Shown here piece after piece: positions 9,525 through 19,198 of a DNA stretch of 39,361 bases. Location of the stretch: the IMG/VR virus record IMGVR_UViG_3300014963_000048, positions 1 through 39,361 of that record, one strand, 5' to 3'. Position numbers and translations under genes: made by a program. Origin of the DNA: a virus. Numbering within the stretch: position 1 is the stretch's first letter; each line of letters begins with the position of its first letter. The notes under the pieces are model-generated. The model was not told where the DNA came from. It made no database searches and was given only the letters and a program-made list of their open reading frames with translations.

Positions 9525-9889
9525 CTTCTCCTCCTACTTTATAGCAATTAGCCTCCATCTGCTCTTTTGTTAGTATTGTTTCTATATCTTTTTCTCCTAT
9601 ATATTGTGCTTTATTAAATCCACCTTCTATTTCGAAATATAAGTTGTTATCATCTTCTCCCCATATTTCATTAACAACTCTATGTCCATTTACATAGTCT
9701 CCGAATTTCTATTAAGTCTATTAGTTGTTTGCTGTGATTTACTGGATAATCTTCACTTTCAACAATTACTATTTCAGTATTATTTACCTTTAGTTTCCAT
9801 TCGCTAGGTTCTGGATAACTTAAAGTTTCTGATATCAGTTCTCCTATAATTCCTTTTTTAGTTCTTACATATTCGTTTGTTTCTATCAT
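9517..9889 (-). CDS. Hypothetical 123-aa protein. Track ORF 9680..9889 is extended by a +1 shift at CGG 9701-9703.
   Basis: The 0 frame reads ...KQLIDLIEI-CGG-AGA... and stops at 9680. The +1 frame reads GDYVNGHRVVNEIWGEDDNNLYFEIEGG... and is open to a TAG at 9517 that overlaps the yopX start. Confidence 0.6.
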
Positions 9890-9903
9890 CTCTTATTTTC
9901 CTT

Positions 9904-10233
9904 TCATCTGATTATTCTTAGCTCCAAATCTGGATAAACTTTTTCAAATATTTTATGTTTTAATTTGAATACATCTGTCTGCATTCCTTTAACGTCTTCT
10001 ACTATTGTTTTACCGTTTTCTATGTACTTAAAGTCTGCCACATATTCTATCTTTCTAAATGTTCTACCATTCTTTTTAAAACTATCTTGTAATAAAAATC
10101 GTGGTTGTAATTCTAGATTTTTGATTTCTCCTGCTCTTTCTAGTAACTTTAATTCTTTATATCTGTTTCCTTCTCTTTTACTGTCAAATTCTTTTTCATC
10201 TACTATTACTTTTTTATTTCTGTATTTGTTCAC
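9904..10233 (-). CDS. DUF1064-family protein (PD-(D/E)xK-like, putative resolvase/nuclease)
   Basis: FDSKREGNRYKELKLL...IEYVADFKY...VEDVKG...FKLK pattern. GTG start. Confidence 0.7.
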   Translation of the reverse strand: MNKYRNKKVIVDEKEFDSKREGNRYKELKLLERAGEIKNLELQPRFLLQDSFKKNGRTFRKIEYVADFKYIENGKTIVEDVKGMQTDVFKLKHKIFEKVYPDLELRIIR

Positions 10234-10388
10234 TTTTCTTTAGCTCCTCTCTTAATTTTTCTATACTTATCTGCTCACTTGTTGCATATTCACATCTGTA
10301 TACTCCTTTGAAGTTTGCATTTTCAAGCTTATTACAGCCTAAACAGTTTACACATTTTCCGCTTTAGCGGTGGATAATTATATTTCAT
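10214..10388 (-). CDS. Small Cys-rich protein (about 57 aa) needing a +1 shift at CGG 10359-10361
   Basis: AGAGGA ribosome-binding site. The 0 frame reads MKYNYPPLK-CGG and stops after 18 codons. The +1 frame reads GKCVNCLGCNKLENANFKGVYRCEY... and is open to 10214. Confidence 0.4.
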
Positions 10389-10400
10389 AGGCTAGTCCTC

Positions 10401-10568
10401 TTATAATTCTTTTTTTAATTCTAATAATTGCTCTCTTAATAAGTCTATTCGTTTTGTTAAATACATCTTTGTACCTTTTCCTCTGCTTACTTGGTCTGAA
10501 TAAGGCCTAGCTTGATTAAGTCTATATGCTTTTTTCCCTTCCAGAATTTCTTTTAATAATTGTTCCAT
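10401..10568 (-). CDS. Hypothetical 55-aa protein
   Basis: Manual translation. AGGAGG ribosome-binding site. Confidence 0.4.
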   Translation of the reverse strand: MEQLLKEILEGKKAYRLNQARPYSDQVSRGKGTKMYLTKRIDLLREQLLELKKEL

Positions 10569-10577
10569 AACTACCTC

Positions 10578-10898
10578 CTAGTCTATTCTTGGAATATGGT
10601 TCATATTTATCGCTATAAAACCTTTTTCTGTTCTCTCATATACTGCCACGCTCTTTCCTGTGTATTTGCATTTCTTTTTGTCTATTGCTTTTACATATCC
10701 CATTTTTTCTAATTCTGTTAGTCTTGGTGCTGTATAATTTCTTTCTGTACTTGGTATAAATCCTAAATCATATAATTCTACTGCTAATTCCTTTGCCGTT
10801 TTAGGCTTGTCTAATCTATTTAAGATTTGTATATATCTTATTTTTGTTTTATCTTGTATGTCATTAAAACTCATTTGCCTTGTTTCTGTTGTAATCAT
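10578..10898 (-). CDS. Winged-helix DNA-binding protein
   Basis: IQILNRLDKPKTAKELAVELYDLG...RLTELEKMGYV resembles MarR/wHTH proteins. Confidence 0.5.
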   Translation of the reverse strand: MITTETRQMSFNDIQDKTKIRYIQILNRLDKPKTAKELAVELYDLGFIPSTERNYTAPRLTELEKMGYVKAIDKKKCKYTGKSVAVYERTEKGFIAINMNHIPRID

Positions 10899-10913
10899 TT
10901 GTTTATCACTCTC

Positions 10914-11345
10914 CTATAATCCAATTTCATTCATTAAAGGCACATAAAATTTACTTTTGTGTTCTATATCTGAAATTGTTGTGCCATCATATCTTTTTTC
11001 ATTTCCACAATCACATACTGCAAAAAATTGATATATTATTTCTTTTCCTCCATTGTCAATTTTTTTGTAATATGGCACATATCCTACTCCTTTACATTTT
11101 TTACACTCTATTCTTGTAGTTTCTTTTGCCACTATTGTTTTTACTTCATTTATTGCATTTAATATGTCCGATACTTTGGGGATAAATTTGTTATTTCTTA
11201 TGCAGTATGTTATTGCTTTTTTATATTTTTCTACTGAAACCTCTCTTAATTCTTCAAACATTATTCTTTGTTGTTCTATTGAAAATTCTTTTTCATAATA
11301 TTTTTCCAATCTAGAAGTTGCTTCAATAAATTCACCATTTGTCAT
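10914..11345 (-). CDS. Putative helicase-loader-like protein (G39P-like N-terminus, C-terminal Zn ribbon)
   Basis: It lies directly after the replisome organizer gene. CKKCKGVGYV...CDCG is present. Confidence 0.35.
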   Translation of the reverse strand: MTNGEFIEATSRLEKYYEKEFSIEQQRIMFEELREVSVEKYKKAITYCIRNNKFIPKVSDILNAINEVKTIVAKETTRIECKKCKGVGYVPYYKKIDNGGKEIIYQFFAVCDCGNEKRYDGTTISDIEHKSKFYVPLMNEIGL

Positions 11346-12156
11346 TTTTTAAAGCCTCCTCTAACTCTTTTACTCTTCTTGCTGTTTTCTCTTCTTCTGT
11401 TTCATTTTTAGTTGTAATTTCTTGTTTTTGTTCATTTTGTAAGTCTGCTAAAACTTTATATCCTTTGCTTTTCCAACTTTTTAATATTCCATTTATGTAA
11501 TTACCTGTTCTTTTATTATTTAATGTTGCTATTTTTATAGCTTCTATAATTATTCTGTAATCTTCAAAGTCTTCAAGATAACTAAAAAGTAATTCTGCTA
11601 CTGCTGGTGACATCATTCCAATATTGTTTTCATAATATTCTGTAATTTCTGCAGTATCTTTATCTATTCTTATCTTATCTATTCTTATCTTATCTATTCT
11701 GTCTGCGTTACTTTGCGTTACTGTAACTTCTCTTGTAACGTTACAAGCTTTTTTTTCGCCATTTGCAAGCTTTTTTTGCTTTTCTCTATATTTAGCAACT
11801 CTCTTTCTTGTTTGTTCTTTTGCTATTTCTAATTGGTCTAGCTTTTGATGTTTTTCCCAATTGGGAATTGTTATAACATCGTCTATTATTTCTATCATTC
11901 CAAAATTTTTAAATGTTTCTAATGCTAACTTTACTGTGTTTTCATTTCTTCTAAAAATAGTTGCAAGCATTTTGTCAGTGTACGGTATTTTTCCGTTCAT
12001 AACAAAAACCCCACTATTATTCTGTTTTCCTGCTAAACATAATAATTTAAACCATATGACTATTATGCTATCTGCTTCTGGTAACGTTTCTATTAAGAGT
12101 ACTTTTTCATCATCAAAAATATCTGTAACTATTTTTATCCATTTAACTTCTGCCAT
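11332..12156 (-). CDS. Phage replisome organizer with a DnaD-like C-terminal domain
   Basis: N-terminal WIKIVTDIFDDEKVLLIE...IWFKLLCLAGK is the replisome-organizer signature. The C-terminus YYENNIGMMSPAVAELL...GNYINGILKSWKSKG is DnaD-like. Confidence 0.8.
   Translation of the reverse strand: MAEVKWIKIVTDIFDDEKVLLIETLPEADSIIVIWFKLLCLAGKQNNSGVFVMNGKIPYTDKMLATIFRRNENTVKLALETFKNFGMIEIIDDVITIPNWEKHQKLDQLEIAKEQTRKRVAKYREKQKKLANGEKKACNVTREVTVTQSNADRIDKIRIDKIRIDKDTAEITEYYENNIGMMSPAVAELLFSYLEDFEDYRIIIEAIKIATLNNKRTGNYINGILKSWKSKGYKVLADLQNEQKQEITTKNETEEEKTARRVKELEEALKNDKW
11661..11704. repeat. 15-bp tandem iterons (tatctattcttatct, 2.9 copies); candidate phage ori
   Basis: Read directly. Followed by a GCGTTACT direct repeat and the perfect 16-bp palindrome cttgtaacgttacaag at 11732-11747. 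Confidence 0.6.
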
Positions 12157-12181
12157 TTTTTTCTTTTGCTCCTTTCTGACA

Positions 12182-12577
12182 TTAGTCGTCTAAATAACTT
12201 TTTCCAAATTCTTTTAAAAATTTTTCTTCACTGTATTTTTTTATAAATTTCTCTTTTGCAAAATTGTGTAAACATTGTCTTGTATTTTTATCTAAATCAG
12301 CTTTCTGGTGACATTCCCTGCAAAGGTAATATACTAACCCATGTTCGATACTTTTTTGTCTATTTGAGCCACCAAAAGCTTCATGCTTGTCTAATTTTTT
12401 AAATTTTCTTTTACATACAAAACATTTACCATCTTCTTTTTGTAAAATACTAAATCTATCTTTTTCTTTCTTTGCTAACTTATTACTTTTTTGTTTAATC
12501 CTTGTTTGTGTTTTTTCTTTTTTTATTGTGTTTTTAGGGCAAGGATTAAAATGATTACTTAAATCTGTCACTATCAT
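12182..12577 (-). CDS. Zn-binding HNH-like protein (Ref/NinG-like nuclease candidate)
   Basis: CFVCKRK...HEAFGGSNRQKSIEHGLVYYLCRECH. Confidence 0.4.
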   Translation of the reverse strand: MIVTDLSNHFNPCPKNTIKKEKTQTRIKQKSNKLAKKEKDRFSILQKEDGKCFVCKRKFKKLDKHEAFGGSNRQKSIEHGLVYYLCRECHQKADLDKNTRQCLHNFAKEKFIKKYSEEKFLKEFGKSYLDD

Positions 12578-12644
12578 AATTTCTCCTTTTTTTAGGGCCT
12601 TATGGCACTAATAAATTAATTTTCCTTACTTACTTTATTTTTTA

Positions 12645-13721
<1,077 letters not shown>

Positions 13722-13732
<11 letters not shown>

Positions 13733-14366
13733 TTTTCATTTCTCCAATTCTTTTTTCTAATCTCTCTAATACAGAATAATATGTAAAATAATTTTTTAGT
13801 TCATCTTCTGTTATTCCAAGATTTTCTGCAATTTTTCCAAGTGATAATCCTTGTTGCATTTTTTGTGTTATTAGCTGTTCCATTCTTTTCTTGATCATAT
13901 TTAAACTGTGCTTACCTAAATCATCTTCCCAATTTTCTTTTTCTGAATTTAATTCATCTTTAAGCCATAAATCAAAGCCTAAACCTGTTCTTATAGCAAC
14001 ACCTTTAACAAACAATCTTGTTTGACAATTCCATAATCTTTGTTGTGACATTGAATTATCCTTTACTGGATTACTTCCATTCATTACTGGTCCTCTTTGT
14101 ATAAATTCCAAATCATCTATAACAATCTTTACTGCTGTTTCATATACTCGATTAGTATTTCCCTTGTTATCTGTATATTCTTGTGTTGTCATATATAAAC
14201 TACTTCCTGTTCTTTCATCTACAACGGGTTCAAAGTACACCTTTTCAGCTCCATTTTCATGCAATAAATCAACCACCTTAGCCCAATTTAGATAATCAGC
14301 TTTATCTCTTTGTTCTACCCATTGACTTACATCTACTTTTCTCAAATCATCATATTTTTTTAACAT
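13722..14366 (-). CDS. Sak/DUF1071 (Rad52-like) single-strand annealing protein
   Basis: YLNWAKVVDLL...PVMNGSNPV...RLFVKGVAIRTGLGFDLW. The start at 14366 is preferred because of a GGAGG ribosome-binding site. Confidence 0.65.
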
Positions 14367-14566
14367 TAACCTACATCCTCCCATTCTTCTATCCAATTTC
14401 CACTATAAAACCAGTCTACTAACATTTCTTTAAATTCTTGTTGTTCATTAAATAATTCTTTACATTCTTCTATTGTTAGTTTTAGTGTTTCCATAGCAGT
14501 ATTAAAAGCTTCATCTTCATAGACTCTTCGTCCTGTTTGTGTATGTACAAAAACTTTAATTTTCAT
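14366..14566 (-). CDS. Hypothetical protein
   Basis: Track ORF. Confidence 0.45.
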   Translation of the reverse strand: MKIKVFVHTQTGRRVYEDEAFNTAMETLKLTIEECKELFNEQQEFKEMLVDWFYSGNWIEEWEDVG

Positions 14567-14649
14567 TTTTACCTTCTCTCTTGCATTTCTCTGTAAATTA
14601 TGTTAATATAATTACAGAGAATGCATTTATTTAAGTATTTTTGATTGAA

Positions 14650-14874
14650 CTAGTATTGTTTTCCAGGCACTGCTAGTTCTTTTAATATGCTATAAACTGT
14701 TTCTTCAAACTTTAATGCTCTGTTATATTGCTCTACTGTAAAAGCATTATATTTAAGTCTTTTGTTTACATCTAACATTTCAAAATAATTTGTTATAGAC
14801 TCTTCGCTTACTGCTATTAAATATTCTATTTTCTTTCCTTTTTTTCGTTTTAGTATCTTAGCCATCTTTTTCAC
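14650..14874 (-). CDS. Hypothetical protein
   Basis: Track ORF with a ribosome-binding site (AAGGAAGTG). Confidence 0.45.
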   Translation of the reverse strand: MKKMAKILKRKKGKKIEYLIAVSEESITNYFEMLDVNKRLKYNAFTVEQYNRALKFEETVYSILKELAVPGKQY

Positions 14875-14879
14875 TTCCT

Positions 14880-15050
14880 TTAATACACACTTTTTAATAT
14901 TTTTAAGCTTGTACGTATAATTTGTTGATTACGTTTCATTTTTTGCTTATTTTTTATTCTCGTTGCAATTTCGTGTATAATTTCTACTACTATTAATGAT
15001 GTAAAACTTATCATCATTGTATTTCCTATCAATTCTTTTAAAATATTCAT
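14880..15050 (-). CDS. Hypothetical 56-aa protein with one hydrophobic segment
   Basis: Manual translation (MNILKELIGNTMMISFTSLIVVEIIHEI...). Confidence 0.35.
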   Translation of the reverse strand: MNILKELIGNTMMISFTSLIVVEIIHEIATRIKNKQKMKRNQQIIRTSLKILKSVY

Positions 15051-15068
15051 CTCTATTCACCTGCCTTT

Positions 15069-15317
15069 CTAACTAAAAATTCCTATACCTTTTGTTTGCA
15101 GAACTTCTTTAAATTTATCTGCTTCTATACAATATCCTCCGAAATTTGTTCCATATTTTTTGCAAAGGTTAGTCGCCTTGTTTAAATTCACTTGATAATT
15201 TTCTGCTATTTCTTTCGCATATATTAATTTAGGAAGATTTCCTTTTTTATTTAATTCTTCTAAATTTTCATTAATACTTTGTAAAATCATCAATATTTCA
15301 TCTTGCAATGTAATCAC
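15069..15317 (-). CDS. Hypothetical protein, possibly HTH
   Basis: Track ORF, second gene of the early rightward-type operon. Confidence 0.4.
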   Translation of the reverse strand: MITLQDEILMILQSINENLEELNKKGNLPKLIYAKEIAENYQVNLNKATNLCKKYGTNFGGYCIEADKFKEVLQTKGIGIFS

Positions 15318-15348
15318 CTTCTTTCGTTTTATTTTGTGTCGTGTCGCA

Positions 15349-15588
15349 TTATTTTGTTGATTTTTTTTCTACTTTTTCGTTAAAAAAAATATTCCAAGCT
15401 TCTGCAGGATTATTAATTTTTAATAGTTCTACCGCTTTGCTTATTTCTTCGCTAGAAAAATAAGTTTGACTTTTTAGCTTTAGACTTAAGGTATTTGGAG
15501 CCATTACCATATTTTTAGCAAATTCATTTTGTGTGCCAAATACTTCTTTTATTTTACCTTTAAGTTTATCAAAATTATACTCAATCAT
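15349..15588 (-). CDS. Cro-like / DUF739-like HTH regulator
   Basis: It is divergent from the repressor gene. FGTQNEFAKNMVMAPNTLSLKLKSQTYFSSEEI is an HTH pattern. Confidence 0.6.
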   Translation of the reverse strand: MIEYNFDKLKGKIKEVFGTQNEFAKNMVMAPNTLSLKLKSQTYFSSEEISKAVELLKINNPAEAWNIFFNEKVEKKSTK

Positions 15589-15632
15589 ATTACACCTCCT
15601 TTTGTTGAATTGTTTTCAACTTTGTTGTGCTT

Positions 15633-15661
15633 ATATTATCAAATGTTATTTTTTTTGTCAA
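15633..15661 (-). promoter_or_regulatory. Early lytic promoter (TTGACA, 17 nt, TAATAT) for the cro-like operon
   Basis: The reverse complement reads TTGACAaaaaaaataacatttgaTAATAT. Confidence 0.55.
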
Positions 15662-15711
15662 CACTTTTTTAGAATTTTTTTCAACTTTTTTATATTTTTT
15701 GTAAAAATGCA

Positions 15712-15740
15712 TTGATTTAATTTCAATTTTTATGTATAAT
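15712..15740 (+). promoter_or_regulatory. Repressor promoter (TTGATT, 17 nt, TATAAT)
   Basis: ttgatttaatttcaatttttatgtataat lies upstream of a GGAGGTG ribosome-binding site and the ATG at 15761. Confidence 0.55.
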
Positions 15741-15760
15741 ACAATTATGGAGGTGCTTAT

Positions 15761-16408
15761 ATGAAACCTATTGATACTTTTCAAAATAGATTACAAAAGG
15801 CTATGAACATTAGAAATATGAAACAAGTTGATTTAGTTGAAAAGACTCACTTAGATAAAACTTTAATTAATAAATATTTATCTGGCGTTACTAATGCTAA
15901 ACAAGACAAATTGACTATATTAGCAAAAGCTTTAAATATTAATGAAATTTGGCTAATGGGATATGATATACCAATGGATAGAAATGTAGTTTTAGACGAG
16001 CTAGGTAATCCAGTATCTCCTATTCCTTTAGTTGGAGCAGTAAGAGCAGGTTATGATTATTTGGCACAAGAAAATTTAGAAGGTACTATTAATGTTGAAA
16101 AATCTTTAGTTGGAGATGGTTCGGAATATTTTGCTTTAAAAGTTAAAGGCGATAGTATGTCGCCAGTATTTGTTGAAGATGACATTGTTATAATAAAACA
16201 ACAAAATGGCTGTGAAAATAATCAAATAGCTATTGTAATTGTAAATGGTGATGAAGGTACAATAAAAAAAGTAAGAAAGACAGAGCAAGGAATTATATTA
16301 CAGCCACTTAATCCAACATATACACCACTTATATTTACTAATGAAGAAATTAAAAATATGCCCGTAACTATAGTTGGTGTTGTGAAACAATTAAAAAGGG
16401 AGTTTTAA
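15761..16408 (+). CDS. CI/LexA-like repressor (N-terminal XRE HTH plus S24 peptidase domain)
   Basis: The HTH reads MKQVDLVEKTHLDKTLINKYLSG. The S24 motifs are VKGDSMSP and GTIKKV. Confidence 0.85.
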   Translation: MKPIDTFQNRLQKAMNIRNMKQVDLVEKTHLDKTLINKYLSGVTNAKQDKLTILAKALNINEIWLMGYDIPMDRNVVLDELGNPVSPIPLVGAVRAGYDYLAQENLEGTINVEKSLVGDGSEYFALKVKGDSMSPVFVEDDIVIIKQQNGCENNQIAIVIVNGDEGTIKKVRKTEQGIILQPLNPTYTPLIFTNEEIKNMPVTIVGVVKQLKREF

Positions 16409-16411
16409 AAT

Positions 16412-16939
16412 ATGAAAAAGATTATAGATAAAATTTTAATGGGCATTTTTGTTTTCTTATGCCTTTATGCTTTTTTATTAGTATCAAGTAATCTTCCTAA
16501 ACTACTAAATGAATTATTTAATACTACTATGTTTGATAATACACATACAATTTGCTTCTTTCTTCTGTGTGTACTATTGTTCTATGTTTATAATTATTAT
16601 GAACATAAAATAAGTAACTCAGAACATACAAACTCTTTAAAAACTTTAAAACAATTAGAGGGATTAAATTATTTTTATACTATTAATTATAAACTTTTAC
16701 CTATAATAACAAAAGTTGAATTAGAAAATGTATTTACAGCAAAATTCACATTAATAAATTCAATTGTAGTAAGTATAGATTTAACACTTTTAACCCACCT
16801 AGACACTACAGACTCTATTGTAAAATTTAATGAATTTCTTACAAATTCATTATTAGGTTTGGATTTATCAAAAGATGTATTTTTAAATAATTGTATAGTT
16901 GAAAAAAGTATAAAAAAATATTTTAATTCTAAAGAATAA
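16412..16939 (+). CDS. Membrane protein co-transcribed with the repressor (superinfection-exclusion candidate)
   Basis: Two N-terminal hydrophobic segments. It sits in the lysogeny operon. Confidence 0.45.
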   Translation: MKKIIDKILMGIFVFLCLYAFLLVSSNLPKLLNELFNTTMFDNTHTICFFLLCVLLFYVYNYYEHKISNSEHTNSLKTLKQLEGLNYFYTINYKLLPIITKVELENVFTAKFTLINSIVVSIDLTLLTHLDTTDSIVKFNEFLTNSLLGLDLSKDVFLNNCIVEKSIKKYFNSKE

Positions 16940-17085
16940 AAAAGAGAAATGCGTTCAAGTTTGCGACACGACACATTTCTCTACACATAAACACTATTGA
17001 AAGTGATTACTTTAATATTATATATTAAGTAACCTTCGTTTTCAATAGTTTAAACAAATTTATTGAAAAAAATGGAGGTATTTTT

Positions 17086-18234
17086 ATGGGAAGAAATCAA
17101 AAAAACAAAACAAAAGGTAATGGTGAAGGAACTATATATGTTAGCTCTAAAACTGGATTATTAGTAGGACAATACTGCTATAATGGGAAAAGAAAATCAG
17201 TATATCAAAAGAAAAACGAAAAAACTACAGATTTTAAAAAACGTTTTAGTAAAATATTAACAGAAATTAATGAAGGAACTTATATCGAAAAAAACGATGA
17301 AACTTTTTCTAGTATCCTAAAAAACCATATTGACCAAAAATATAAAGATGGTACAACTTCTGATAGAGGGTACAAAAGGGATTTAGATACCTTTAAAGCC
17401 ATTGAAAAAACTTGTAATAATTTTATTAATAAAGCTATTCAAAAAGTCACTTTAAACGATATTAATTTGGCCAAAGAATTAATTAAAAACTACAGTAAAT
17501 CTTCTATAGATAAAATTTGGCGTCTAATAAATAAAACTTTTAAAATTGCAATCTCGCGAAGATTAATAGTATTTAATATTATGGAAGATGAAGATTTAAA
17601 AAAACCAATATCAAAAAAAGACACTAAACATGTAGAGTCCTTAACAGTTGATGAAGAAAAAAAGTTGGTTGACATACTTAATAATGAAGAAAAACATCAT
17701 AAATATAGAAATATATTATTACTTCAATTAAATACTGGCATGAGAATTGGCGAAGTATTAGCGCTATCTAAAGATTGTATAGATTTGAAAAATAAAACTA
17801 TAACAGTTTATAGAACTCTAACGAGAGATTTAAAAGAACAAGTCATTATGGGTAAAACAACTAAAACAGGCGAAGGTGGTGTTAGAACATTTCCTATGAC
17901 TGATGCAACACAAAAAATAATAACTGATGTTATGAAGAGTAAAATATTTAATATTCACAATTTACTTTTTTGGGATTATACAAAATCAAATTTTGTTACT
18001 CCTTCACAAATCGATAGTTATTTAGTAAGATTAAATAAAAAATATAAAATTGCTGATAATATAAGTTCACACGTTTTAAGGCACACTTTCATAACACGTT
18101 GTGTGGAAAATGGTATGTTTATAAAAGCAATTCAGAAAATTGTTGGTCACAAACCAAACAGTTCTATAACAGTTGATGTATATACATCTGTTTCAAATGA
18201 TTTTGTTTTGAAGGAACTAGAAAAAATAAAATAA
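17086..18234 (+). CDS. int: Tyrosine integrase
   Basis: NTGMRIGEVLAL, HVLRHTF, IVGHKPNSSITVDVYTS (the R..HxxR..Y catalytic set). Confidence 0.9.
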   Translation: MGRNQKNKTKGNGEGTIYVSSKTGLLVGQYCYNGKRKSVYQKKNEKTTDFKKRFSKILTEINEGTYIEKNDETFSSILKNHIDQKYKDGTTSDRGYKRDLDTFKAIEKTCNNFINKAIQKVTLNDINLAKELIKNYSKSSIDKIWRLINKTFKIAISRRLIVFNIMEDEDLKKPISKKDTKHVESLTVDEEKKLVDILNNEEKHHKYRNILLLQLNTGMRIGEVLALSKDCIDLKNKTITVYRTLTRDLKEQVIMGKTTKTGEGGVRTFPMTDATQKIITDVMKSKIFNIHNLLFWDYTKSNFVTPSQIDSYLVRLNKKYKIADNISSHVLRHTFITRCVENGMFIKAIQKIVGHKPNSSITVDVYTSVSNDFVLKELEKIK

Positions 18235-18239
18235 AAAGC

Positions 18240-18261
18240 TATTGCATTACTATTGCATTAC
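18240..18261 (+). repeat. Two tandem copies of tattgcattac; putative integrase arm-type sites
   Basis: Read directly. The same 11-mer recurs twice at 18446-18468. Confidence 0.5.
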
Positions 18262-18272
18262 TTCAAAAAGAA

Positions 18273-18322
18273 AAATCCTTGTAAAGTATTTATATTTCAA
18301 TACTTACAAGGATTTGTTTGTT
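18273..18322 (+). terminator. Intrinsic terminator after int
   Basis: aaatccttgtaaagtatt / aatacttacaaggattt stem followed by a T-rich tail. Confidence 0.6.
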
Positions 18323-18445
18323 TGGTGCAGATGGCCAAATTCAGTATATTTGACTATATCTTATAATATTTAATGGTATCCAAAATATTAATTTTACTTC
18401 TTTTTTTATCTGTATATATTTACGACTATTCAAAAATATTTCTAC

Positions 18446-18468
18446 TATTGCATTACTTATTGCATTAT
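18446..18468 (+). repeat. Two more copies of tattgcatta(c/t); second arm-site cluster
   Basis: Read directly. Confidence 0.5.
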
Positions 18469-18470
18469 CA

Positions 18471-18605
18471 TTATATTAGACTATTAAACATTTTTATTCT
18501 AGCAATGTTGTACACTTTCATAAATGTTTTTGTAAATACTTTTAATAGTATTCTTTCTTTAAAATTGCATTCCTTCTCAATTTCTTTTACAATATCCTCT
18601 TCCAT
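18471..18605 (-). CDS. Hypothetical 44-aa protein
   Basis: Manual translation (MEEDIVKEIEKECNFKERILLKVF...). Strong AAGGAGGAG ribosome-binding site. The TGTCGAA palindrome lies just upstream. Confidence 0.4.
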   Translation of the reverse strand: MEEDIVKEIEKECNFKERILLKVFTKTFMKVYNIARIKMFNSLI

Positions 18606-18853
18606 ATGTACTCCTCCTTCTTCTTGACAATTGTCGAAAACGGAAGTATACTTAAACTGTATATAAGTTTTTGAATGTATACTTCCCGAGATAGTTTCAG
18701 TTGCAGCTGAGCTATCTCTTTTTTATATTTTATATCATTGTCGAAAAATGTCAATCAAAATCGTTCGACAAAATAGTACGCTGACAGCGACATATAGTAT
18801 TTTCTTGAATATTCTAATAAAATAATAAGATACTAATAAAAAAGGAGTGTTTT

Positions 18854-19198
18854 ATGTTTGTTTTTAGAATTAAAGAAATAAGAGAAAAAAAGAAAATGAC
18901 AATATATAAATTAAGTAAGCTTTCTAATGTATCTAGAAGCTATATAATTGATTTAGAAAACAACAGAAAGTTAAATCCTAGCTTGACTAAATTATATTCT
19001 TTAGCTACTGCTTTAAATGTTAATATAAAAGATTTATTCTACACTAAATTTGATATAGATATTTTAAAGCAAGAAATGTACAAAAGAATAGACAAATATG
19101 GTATAAAATCACAAGAAACTTTAGAAGTAAGTCAGTTAATTGATTTATTAATTAACATTGACAACGAAGAAAAATCAAAGAGAGAACTAACTGACTAG
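18854..19198 (+). CDS. XRE-family HTH fused to a Spo0E-like C-terminal domain
   Basis: The HTH reads MTIYKLSKLSNVSRSYIIDLENNRK. The C-terminus LKQEMYKRIDKYGIKSQETLEVSQLIDLLINI matches the Spo0E-family pattern (...SQxLDxLI). Confidence 0.6.
   Translation: MFVFRIKEIREKKKMTIYKLSKLSNVSRSYIIDLENNRKLNPSLTKLYSLATALNVNIKDLFYTKFDIDILKQEMYKRIDKYGIKSQETLEVSQLIDLLINIDNEEKSKRELTD

Noticed and set aside
11661-11704. Tandem 15-bp repeats as a CRISPR array or minisatellite
   Set aside because: There are no spacers. The repeats are in frame within the replisome organizer gene, and their context fits origin iterons.
15590-15784. Track ORF 15590..15784 (minus) spanning the switch region
   Set aside because: It covers both divergent promoters and the repressor start, has no ribosome-binding site, and its sequence is low-complexity.
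16687-16974. Track ORF 16687..16974 (minus), antisense to the membrane protein gene
   Set aside because: It has no ribosome-binding site and lies inside the plus-strand lysogeny operon. It is probably spurious.
18373-18627. Track ORF 18373..18627 (plus) in the attP-like region
   Set aside because: It is hydrophobic and low-complexity, has no ribosome-binding site, and overlaps the arm-type repeats. A minus-strand 44-aa ORF with a strong ribosome-binding site fits better.
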